Shown: positions 52,475-64,000 of the stretch, piece by piece | How positions within the stretch are numbered: the first letter of the stretch is position 1 | Layout of the letters: every line of letters starts with the position of its first letter | Assembly (NCBI GenBank): GCA_951406725.2 | Contig: OX597829.1 | Span: 31,496,001-31,560,000 of the forward strand | Origin: Octopus vulgaris | Lineage: Eukaryota | DNA: 64,000 nucleotides | Direction: 5' to 3' | Notes under the pieces: generated by a model | The model's input: only the letters and a program-made list of their open reading frames with translations | Told to the model about the DNA's origin: nothing | The model's database searches: none | Program-made: the position numbers and the translations under genes

Positions 52475-52722
52475 TCTAGCAAAAACTGTCCGATGAACGG
52501 CAACGGGAAACTCAGAGTAACAGGTTTTGTTGAATTTTCTACTGCTTTAAATAAAGTATATATATATACGTCGGGCTTATTTCCGTTTCCGTCTACCAAA
52601 TCCACTCACAAGGCTTTGGTCGACCCGAGGTTATAGTAGAAGACACTTGCCCAAGGTGCTACGCAGTGGGACTGACCCGGAACCATGTGGTTGGTAAGCA
52701 AGCTACCACACAGCCACTCCTG
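52233..52722 (-). mobile_element. SINE family A, full length, with a pLTR unit inserted in its internal (TA)n
   Basis: Insert 52474-52558 is flanked by (TA)n. Confidence 0.9.
52486..52523 (+). ncRNA. Minimal hammerhead-like motif (CG-stem family), CCGAUGA core
   Basis: ctgt CCGATGA a-cg-gcaa-cg-g GAAA ctcagag TA acag. Confidence 0.7.
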
Positions 52723-52878
52723 CGCCTATATATACACATACACATAGCCACATACATTCATAAATACAAGCACACATACACATATAGCATATACATACCA
52801 TTTTACACATTCATACATATATGCATGCATACCAATACATATACGTACATACACGTAGATAGGGACAGACAGACAGAC

Positions 52879-52992
<114 letters not shown>

Positions 52993-53470
52993 GCTTTTCT
53001 TTTGAAGGTTTAAGAAAAAAAAAAAAAAAAAAAGATAGATAGATAGATAGATAGATAGATTGATAGATCTGCCTGCCTGACAGGTAGGTAGGCAGACAGA
53101 GAGAGAGACAAACAGAGACAGACAGTATGCCCCAAATCACGCAGTATTTACGGTGTTACATGTAAAGTGACGTGACCTTTTTTATGAATGAAGCCTTCTT
53201 TATAGTAAAATCCCCTTCCTCTTAATAGCCAAATAAATAAATAAATAAATAAAAACTTTACGTGACGTACTTTCGCTAGGACTACAACATACTCCATGTT
53301 ATATAGAGCATCCCAGAACAATATCACAGGATGAGTAAACCCAACACAATAAGAGAGAAGTTGAAACGTGCTCACTCCCTCTGTCTGCCTGTGTGTGTGT
53401 GTCTCTCTCTCTCACACTCACACATACAGACACACATATAAAGACAGACGGACAGTCAGATATATATACA

Positions 53471-53506
<36 letters not shown>

Positions 53507-53744
53507 TGTATGTATGTATGTATGTATGTATGTATGTATGTATGTATGTATGTATGCATGCATGTATGTATGCATGTATGTATGTATGTATGTTTGTATG
53601 TATGTTTGTATGTATGTAAGTATGTATACATGTGCATGTGTGTATGTATGTATGTATCTATGTATGTAAGTATGTATGTGTGTGTATGTATGTATGTATG
53701 TATGTATGTATGTATGTATGTATGTATGTATGTATCTATGTATG

Positions 53745-53950
53745 TGGAGTTGAAATTTAAAGAAAAACAAAAGACGAAGACAGGTGTATGAACAACAAGC
53801 AGGTGTAATAGTTTGATGCCTGAGAAAGTGAGAAAGTCTTTACGTTCCCAGAAAGTCTTTTACGTTTCGAGCGTACGCTCCTCAACAGGAAGGAATAAGA
53901 GAAAATAAGAAGAGAGAGAATTTTAAAAAAACTTGTAGATTTAGCGGTCA
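53745..53950 (-). mobile_element. Solo pLTR, Neptune-family subfamily
   Basis: Homologous to 36318-36513. Confidence 0.85.
53857..53892 (-). ncRNA. Hammerhead-like motif (U6 family)
   Basis: cttc CTGTTGA g gagc-gtac-gctc GAAA cg TA aaag. Confidence 0.6.
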
Positions 53951-54061
53951 AGTATGGTGAATATATATATAATATGACAGCAAAAGAATGAATGAGACCT
54001 CGATATTATGTAAAATAGAGGAATTTATCTATAAATATAATATGTGACAATTAGTTAGTTG

Positions 54062-54130
54062 TCATAATAAAACTCGGAGTTTCGGATGCCGGGGCTGAAG
54101 TCTGCTCCGGCACCTCATCAGTTATTAAGA
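54062..54130 (-). ncRNA. Type I hammerhead ribozyme, canonical core
   Basis: tct-taataa CTGATGA ggtgccgg-(14 nt)-ccggcatcc GAAA ctccgag TT ttatta-tga. Confidence 0.85.
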
Positions 54131-55094
54131 CAAACGCTATGAAAAAAAAAACGTTGAATAAAGGGAAATTACTCCAATAGGCATGGGGAAAGTAATACTT
54201 CATTCATAGAATCCGCATATGCACACATATACACACACACACATACACGTACACACACACATACACGTACACACACACATACACGCACATGCATGTATAT
54301 GTATCTATATACATACACATGCGTGTACATATACATACAAACACATATATACATATGCTTGTCTATGCATGCACGCACATACGCATATATACCGATGCAC
54401 ATATTACTACGCTCATAATACATCTCTACACGCACACACATATACATATGCGGATACACAAAACGTAGTTTATACGCACATGCATATATATATACGCAGA
54501 AAAGCGTATATACAAATAAAAACAGATACGCAAAAACGCAGGCATCATTATGTTCATATACACATCTCTATACGTACTTACACATACATACGCGGATATA
54601 CAAAACGTAGTCTATACACACATGCACATACATACGCGGATAGACGTATATACAAATAAAAACACATACGCAAAAAGCATAAACCGTAAAACATTCACAT
54701 TCGCCGCAAAACTTGAATATAGAAATGAGTTATATGTGTATAAAAACAAATACACCAACCTGGCTGTCAAACACATCTACACCTGCAGATATATAAACGT
54801 ATATACATACATATACATACATATACATATATGTATGAAGGAAGGAGACAAGTACACCAGTTTGAGTTTTGCACTCGTATATATACAACCATTCGTACAC
54901 ATGTACATATACACGCACATACACGTAGGTATATATTACACGCGTATAAGTTACACAATTATAAATGATGAAAAATAATATACAGAAAAAATATATAAAG
55001 TAATAAAATATATATAAGAAATATATAAGAGATGTTAAGACATATGAAAGACTAGTACGTGGACATAATATAAAAACAGGTTCTATCTGTGATC

Positions 55095-55470
55095 TTATGG
55101 GGTCCAAAAGCGTAGCAAATGTTTTGTCATATGTGGATATGACCCAAAAATTTCAGCTCTTGATCTTAGACATGTAGCGGGGTCTAAAGAACTTTTCCAG
55201 ATGAGCCATCTTTCCACGTCGCAGTAACTGCACTTTCCACTGCCGTTGGTGTAAGGCTTACACTTGGCCAAGATCTTGCAGTGAATCTTATAACAGACAC
55301 CTTTTTCTTTTAAGGACCATATATAACTGGTTGTTTTCTTTTTATCCCAGCGTTTGAAGCTTAAGGTGTAATTGTTGAACCTGGCTTTAAAATTTCCCTC
55401 TGTGAGACCCACATATTTCTTTGACGAAACTATGTCCTTAGCGGTTGTAGAGTCTACTGGGACTTCATAA
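55095..55470 (-). pseudogene. PLE GIY-YIG C-terminal remnant (Naiad-like)
   Basis: YVGLTEGNFKARF, YIWSLKE, KCSYC..E, LRSRAE..PH..KHLL. Confidence 0.85.
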
Positions 55471-55477
55471 ATGATGG

Positions 55478-55564
55478 AGTACAAACAAACAATTGTATTA
55501 GTATGGCGCTCAGGAATAGAAATAAAACAAGTCTTTTACATTTCGAGCCAACGCTCTTCGACAG

Positions 55565-55567
<3 letters not shown>
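55478..55567 (-). mobile_element. Neptune pLTR fragment with a hammerhead-like motif at 55533-55567
   Basis: ttt CTGTCGA a gagc-gttg-gctc GAAA tg TA aaag; AACAATTGTATTAGTATGGCGCTCAGGAA is identical to the 16607 pLTR. Confidence 0.8.
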
Positions 55568-55619
<52 letters not shown>

Positions 55620-55869
55620 CATACATACATACATACATACATACATACATACATACATACATACATACATACATACATACATACATACATACATACATAC
55701 ATACATACACTAAATGAAAGTGAAATAAGCTTAGACAGATGACTCAGAGTAGTGCTCAAATTGATAGGAATGCTAACTCAAACCTCTTTCGCCAGGCCCT
55801 GTCCCTCTGCATCGAAACTTAGCGTGAGGAACAATACTGTTATGGAGTTAGTAATGTATATTAATGCAC

Positions 55870-56330
55870 GTAGGTTTGAGATGAATATTTACATAGAGCA
55901 CAAAATAAAAAGGTAACAGAGCAAAACAGAAGAATTGTGTAAAGTCTTATCTCTACAGCTGTTTCAAGACAGCCATAGCTTACATAAAAGTTATACTTAT
56001 ACATACTATGTGCATGACGTTATAGGTGTGTGTCCCGATGAAAATGTTCAAGCTAAGTGTTCTTTCTCATATGCCACTTTGCTCCTAAGATGGGATACCT
56101 AATTAACTTTAATTTCATCGAAACTTGTTGCAGGGCACACATCTATGACATGAGATACATAATGCGTATGAATATGGCTATTTTGTAAGTAATGGCTGCT
56201 TTGAAACAGCTGTAGAAATAAGACTTTACGTAATTTTTCTGTTCTATTTTGTTTTTGTTTTTTGGTTTTCTCATTGTTCTGTAATCTGAAATTTGTGCTC
56301 CATGTAAATATATCTCTCGATTATACCTAT
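55870..56330. repeat. About 450-bp imperfect foldback palindrome (MITE-like)
   Basis: 55940-55990 is close to the reverse complement of 56178-56230; weaker symmetry extends outward and inward. Confidence 0.8.
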
Positions 56331-56444
56331 GTTTATCTACTTCCATACCTCCATTCTATCTGTCATATGTGTGTGCGTGTGAGTGTGTGTGTATGTATGT
56401 GTGGGGGGTGCGTGTGAGTGTAGATATCTGTATATATAGCTAGC

Positions 56445-56975
<531 letters not shown>

Positions 56976-57249
56976 AGACACAAACACATTCACATACATT
57001 CGCAAAACTTACGCATGTGTATGTGTGGATATGTACGTAGAAGTGTGTGTACGAATACCTACATGCATATGTATGATGAAACTAAAGAAAGTCACGGAAG
57101 AAAATGTCATAAATTACCTTGGAAAAGATGTCGCATTTCATTTAATTACTGTAAATTATACCTGAAAGAAGTCACTTATCAAAAGACAATATCTGACTCG
57201 CAGAACAATGACGAAACGGCTTTTATTTATATACATTTCACTAAACACA

Positions 57250-57316
57250 TTCATACATACATACATACATACATATATACATACATAAATACATACATAC
57301 ATACATACATACATAC

Positions 57317-57347
<31 letters not shown>

Positions 57348-57370
57348 CATACATAACATACATACATACA

Positions 57371-57404
<34 letters not shown>

Positions 57405-57555
57405 CATACTTACATACAAACATACATACACACATATACATACATAACATACATACATACATACATACATACATGACATACATACATACATAACATACAT
57501 ACACACACACATACATACATACATACATAACATACATACATACATACTTACATAC

Positions 57556-57590
<35 letters not shown>

Positions 57591-58112
57591 CATACTTACA
57601 TACAAACATACATACATACACACATATACATACATACATACATACATACATACTTACATACATACATATATACATACATACATACATACATACATACATG
57701 CAAACATACGTACATACATGCATACATACATACATGCATACATACTTACATACATACATACATACATACATACAAACACACATACACGCATAAATTCATT
57801 CATACGAACATACATTAATACATACATATTCACATACATTCATATGTATATATATATATATATATATACATTCATTAACACACAGGCATGCATGCGTACA
57901 TACATACATAAATACATACATACATACATACATACATACATACATACATACATACATACATACATACATACATACATACATACATACATACATAACATAC
58001 ATACACACACACATACATACATACATACATACATATATACATACATACATACATACATACATACTTACATACATACATGCATGCATACATACATACATAC
58101 ATACATACATAC

Positions 58113-58143
<31 letters not shown>

Positions 58144-58250
58144 CATACATACATACATACATACATACATACATACATACATACATACATACATACATAC
58201 ATACATACATACATACATACATACATACATACATACATACATACATACAT
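57250..58250. repeat. (TACA)n degenerate array, about 1 kb
   Basis: Direct reading. Confidence 0.95.
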
Positions 58251-58849
58251 GCTCACACACTCACAGACACATACATAAAACAGCTTGTGTCCTTGCCCGT
58301 ATAATTTTTTTCAGTAAATTCAAGTTACCAATCTCATAGTATTATTATTATCATCACAGTGACATTGATGTTATCACGTATGTGTGAGATAACAGCATCA
58401 TTATGCCAATGCTATATATTCTAATGGCGTATATATTAATGTTTAACTAATTGCCGGATTATGAAAAAAATATTAGTTATACAGTTATATTTATATATAC
58501 GCTAGAAACCAGTTCAGGCGCGTTTGTGCCTTCATTATACACAAACAACTGCACACACATAATTGTACATTCGTAAACACAGACATATGTATTTGTTATA
58601 TTTTTGTGAGCCTGCAGGAACATGTGCAGGTGTGTTTTTTGTGTAAACAAACGACGCGAACATATCGTCGCAGAAACACACAAACACACACACACACATC
58701 TCACAAAGACACACACACACACACACACATCTCACAAAGACACACATCTCACAAAGACACACACACATACACATCTCACCTACACACACACGTCTCTCTC
58801 ACACACACACACACACGCACACACACTTACCGACACCTACACAGTTAGC

Positions 58850-59999
<1,150 letters not shown>

Positions 60000-60969
60000 A
60001 ATCAGACGGATGACCTCTATGTGGACAACTCTTATGCTAGAAGTAGATCCGCTCTGGTCTTATCACTTGAGGAAATGTCCTCAAGAAAAGTTATATATAT
60101 ATATATATATATACATACATATAAGATTAGGCTATGTGTATGATATGAATTGTGTTTTGCCATGTTAATATGAACTCAGAATACGTTATGTTTAATGTCG
60201 TTTAGACATCGTTATGTCGTTTATATAATTTTTAGTGTAACTTACCGCATCGGAAGCATCCCAAACATAACTTTGTTATGGACGGTTTCCTTCTCCTTGG
60301 TTTTTTTTTTTGTTTATTATTCTTCAAAATGTTTGCCGAGAAGAGAGAGATTCCACCTCGATGGTGTTTACACACTGTAATTCCATATATTTATGTCTTT
60401 CACGTAAGCAAAGTCTTGTTCTGCCACCTAAGTCCCTCACACCTTTTCATAAAGGTAATGGCTTTTGATTCATATCTCCTCTCCCCGTCACTCACCTAAC
60501 ATACATACATATATATATATATATATCTTTTCTTCAGTCCGTCTGTCTGACACACTCCCCCTCTCTCTCTCTCTCACTATCTCCCTCACCCTCCTCTATT
60601 TTTTTTTCTATTTCTCTTTTCGTACCACTACCCTGTGTGTGTGTATGTGTGTGTGAGAGAAAGAACCTGTGTGTGAATTTAGTTCTCTTCAAAAAGGCGT
60701 TGTTACGGGTGGGTTATTCCACTTGAAACAATCTATTCCCTTCATTTCAACTTTGTCTGCCTCTCTCTCTACCTCTCTCTCTACCTCTCTCTACCTCTCT
60801 CTACCTCTCTCTCCCTCCCTCTCTCTCTCTTTCTCATACACACCGCACAAATTATTTCTCTTCCTCTCTTCCACTCTATTTCTCCCTCTTTCGCTTTCTA
60901 CTTATCTCTCTATCTTTCTCTTTTTCGCTCTCACTTTCTCTCTCTCTCTCACTCATACCCTCTCACACA

Positions 60970-61043
<74 letters not shown>

Positions 61044-61391
61044 CTCATTTCTTTTAACCTTCTCAAGCTCCCTAACTTTCTCAGTATTGCTTCCTCTTCT
61101 CCTTAACTTAACATTACACAATTTGCCGGCCGACAGGTTAAATTCGACAAAACGGAGATTGTCAAAACAAGCGTCTTTTACTTCACTACTTTCTTTTCCA
61201 TCTTTATCCTATTTTACCCCTCGTATGTATCGGGGATGGGGGTTGAAATTTTGAAGTCTTCACATTTGTCAATGTTGTTGAAAATATTTCTCTCGTCTGT
61301 TTTCCTTCGTTAAAGAAACAAGCCAAAAATGAAAAACTGTAACAAGTTTATCTCTCGCCGTCTATACAATGCAAAAAAGCTACATGTATAT

Positions 61392-61459
<68 letters not shown>

Positions 61460-61464
<5 letters not shown>

Positions 61465-61630
61465 GGTCCCCGGTTGATTCGGGGTTAACCACAGTAAATA
61501 AGGTACTCAATACATAGCAGAGTAAAATTAATTTATTATATAGAAGGAGCTTCTACAGGACTAGAACTGTTTCATTCAAGAGAAATCTTCCCCTTGAATG
61601 AAACAGTTCTAGTCCTGTAGAAGCTCCTTC

Positions 61631-61663
<33 letters not shown>

Positions 61664-61857
61664 GAAGGAGCTTCTACAGGACTAGAACTGTTTCATTCAA
61701 AAGAAATCATCAGGAAGCTCCTGATGATTTCTGATGATTTCTTTTGAATGGAACAGTTCTAGCCCTGTAGAAGCTCCTTCTATAAAATAAATTAATTTAC
61801 TCTGCTATGTATTGAGTACCTTATTTACTGTGGTTAACCCCGACTCAACCCGGGACC

Positions 61858-61862
<5 letters not shown>
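61460..61862. mobile_element. Four-armed nested palindrome built from one hammerhead-bearing pLTR
   Basis: Outer arms 61460-61540 / 61780-61862; hairpin 1 at 61536-61580 / 61593-61637; hairpin 2 at 61657-61785; (TA)n at the centre and both flanks. Confidence 0.9.
61668..61720 (-). ncRNA. Type I hammerhead ribozyme, canonical core
   Basis: gagcttc CTGATGA tttc-tttt-gaat GAAA cag-ttctagtc-ctg TA gaagctc; 7-bp stem I, GUA triplet, U.U at the base of stem II. Confidence 0.8.
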
Positions 61863-61930
<68 letters not shown>

Positions 61931-61932
<2 letters not shown>

Positions 61933-62022
61933 CTTTATTTTAAGCAGCAGAAAATTCAACAAAATCTGTTACTCTGAGTTTCTCGTTGCCGTTCATCAGA
62001 CAGTTTTTGCTAGAATGGAACA
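61931..62022 (-). mobile_element. pLTR-like unit (CG-stem family) between TA tracts
   Basis: Close match to 52474-52558 on the opposite strand. Confidence 0.8.
61966..62003 (-). ncRNA. Minimal type I hammerhead, canonical core, 2-bp stem II with GCAA loop
   Basis: ctgt CTGATGA a-cg-gcaa-cg-a GAAA ctcagag TA acag. Confidence 0.8.
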
Positions 62023-62463
62023 TATATATTAATTCAATCTATACTCTTACAAACGCTACACCTTTAAAAAGAAATGGACTTGTTTGATTGGCCCTTTAGA
62101 AAAAACGGTCAATCTTCGATATACATTTGTGTATGTTTGGTTCTCCCTTTCAAAAGCGATCTTGTTGCATAAAGCTGTAAGTGCAAGAAGACTGTATGTG
62201 ATGATGAAGGTATAACAGGAGTTAACGTTTTATCTCGAAACAAGAACAAGTTGTCAAAACAGTTTGTCACAATGAGAGAGAATGCGAAAGAGACTGACTA
62301 CAAATGACCGCCCCTTCTTAAATGACAGAACAACAGCAGTACGCCTTGGCGATTTCAGTTCAGACTTATGTCTCGTTATTTCATTCTTGTTTATTTTTGT
62401 TTTTTTTTGTTTTACTTCTTTTTTGTCTCTTTTTGTCGTTCATTTGTAAATCGGCTGCACCTT

Positions 62464-62498
<35 letters not shown>

Positions 62499-62550
62499 GT
62501 ACATACACGCATACATTTTGATACACACAAATATAATTATATACATATAA

Positions 62551-62601
<51 letters not shown>

Positions 62602-62741
62602 AATTATATACGTTTTTATTTTTTTGCAATTTACTTAATCATCGGTATTTTATTATTCTAATTTTAATATTTCTAATAATTTTAATATTTCTAGATGGTG
62701 TAATTTAATTGTTCATTTTGAATTGATAAAAGGTGTGTTTT

Positions 62742-62805
<64 letters not shown>

Positions 62806-62904
62806 TGTGAAATTTGATTTAGTTTTTCTAAATTGAATTTTTTTCCCTGTAAGTTAGGATTAATATTCCCTCAAATAATAGTAATTATTATATATATACA
62901 CACA

Positions 62905-62954
<50 letters not shown>

Positions 62955-62955
<1 letters not shown>

Positions 62956-63115
62956 TATTTTATTCATTTACTTGTTTCAGCCACTTCATTACGGTCATGC
63001 TGGAGTACTGCCTTAAAGGGCTTTAGTCGAAGAAATCGACCCCAGGATTTATTCTTCGAAAGCCGAGTCGTCTCTTTTTTGGAACCATTAAATTACGGGA
63101 ACGTAAAACACCAAT
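62955..63115 (-). mobile_element. SINE family A 3' part
   Basis: TTGTTTCAG..CGGTCATGCTGGAG..AATCGACCCCAGGA. Confidence 0.75.
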
Positions 63116-64000
63116 ATCTGCTGCATCCCCTATTTCCACTCAATATTATCGATAACATTCAATATAATGAGTCCTTTTTCCCTTAATTCTTTCTTTAATA
63201 CTTTATAGAACTTGCGCTTCACAGTTCCAACGACACAGTGTTGGGCTGTTGTGCGCATGCTCATTTGCCCGAGATAGGAAGCTTCACGCTAGGGAGATAG
63301 AGTACTGTCGTTCACGCAGTGGCAACCCCAGTGTGCAGGTGAAAGGTAGTTTTTCCTTTTGATTCCGTGGATGTTGTGCTTAAAAACGTGTTTATAGTCT
63401 TGAATGTGATAAAGTGTAGAATTGGATTATTATCTTGTTTCCAGCTTCAGTGTTGCTGCCAGGATTTGAAAAACAGGGCAGATTTTCCTCCTTTCTTTTC
63501 TGATTTCGGAGGGGGTGGAAAACAGGGGGGAATTCGCAGCAGTGTTCAGTGAAAAAAATTAAACACACTACTCGACAGTGGCTAAAACGTAAACCGATCA
63601 AATTTATGTATAAATTTTCTTTTTATATGTTTGTTTCCTTTTACACAATATTAAAGCAGCACCCCTACAAATTTTATCTACGAGTCGCCACTGATCGGTT
63701 GTCAAGCGATGGTTGGGGGACAAACACAGACACAAACACACACACACTCTCCCACACGCCCCACCTCTAACCCCACCCTCTGCCTACCTACAAACCCCAC
63801 CTCTACCCCACCTTCTGCCTACCCACATACCCCAACTCTACCGAACCCACACCCCACCCGAGCTTTCCCCACTCTCGCCTTCCCCACCTCCCAACAACAT
63901 CACACCACACCACACTACACCATACAACACTACACATCACATCACAACCCACCACCCACACACCAGCACTGACCAATTCCCATCCCCACACTTTCACACC

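Larger units (their letters stand above)
53965..55470 (-). mobile_element. 3' part of a second Naiad-like PLE: GIY-YIG C-terminus, long TG/TA-rich UTR, hammerhead
   Basis: Coding remnant 55095-55470 followed on the same strand by the hammerhead at 54062-54130; that they belong to one element is inferred. Confidence 0.6.

Noticed and set aside
60062-60083. CTTGAGGA-AATG-TCCTCAAG hairpin in a 90-bp unit between TA tracts
   Set aside because: The 8-bp stem is real but there is no ribozyme core or element end; insufficient evidence

Overview
Animal genomic DNA dominated by repeats; I infer a coleoid cephalopod (Octopus-like) from the very high microsatellite load and the SINE types. No host protein-coding gene, tRNA, rRNA or CRISPR array can be supported, and most ORFs in the track are microsatellite translations. 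Recognisable content: (1) Penelope-like retroelements (PLEs), namely a near-intact 5'-truncated Neptune-type copy with RT + GIY-YIG (16607-19225), a decayed sister copy (1348-2945), two decayed Naiad-like copies and many solo pLTR-like units; (2) remnants of CR1-type and R4/Dong-type LINEs; (3) a full-length decayed mariner; (4) non-autonomous Helitrons, MITEs and two long foldback palindromes; (5) several tRNA-derived SINE families. The main observation is 14 type I hammerhead ribozyme-like motifs in 6 sequence families, nearly all in short units inserted into (TA)n/(TG)n tracts. One family consistently has a non-canonical CUGUYGA core, and one pLTR is arranged as a four-armed nested palindrome. 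The folds were read by eye and no activity has been shown. Coordinates of decayed elements are approximate.
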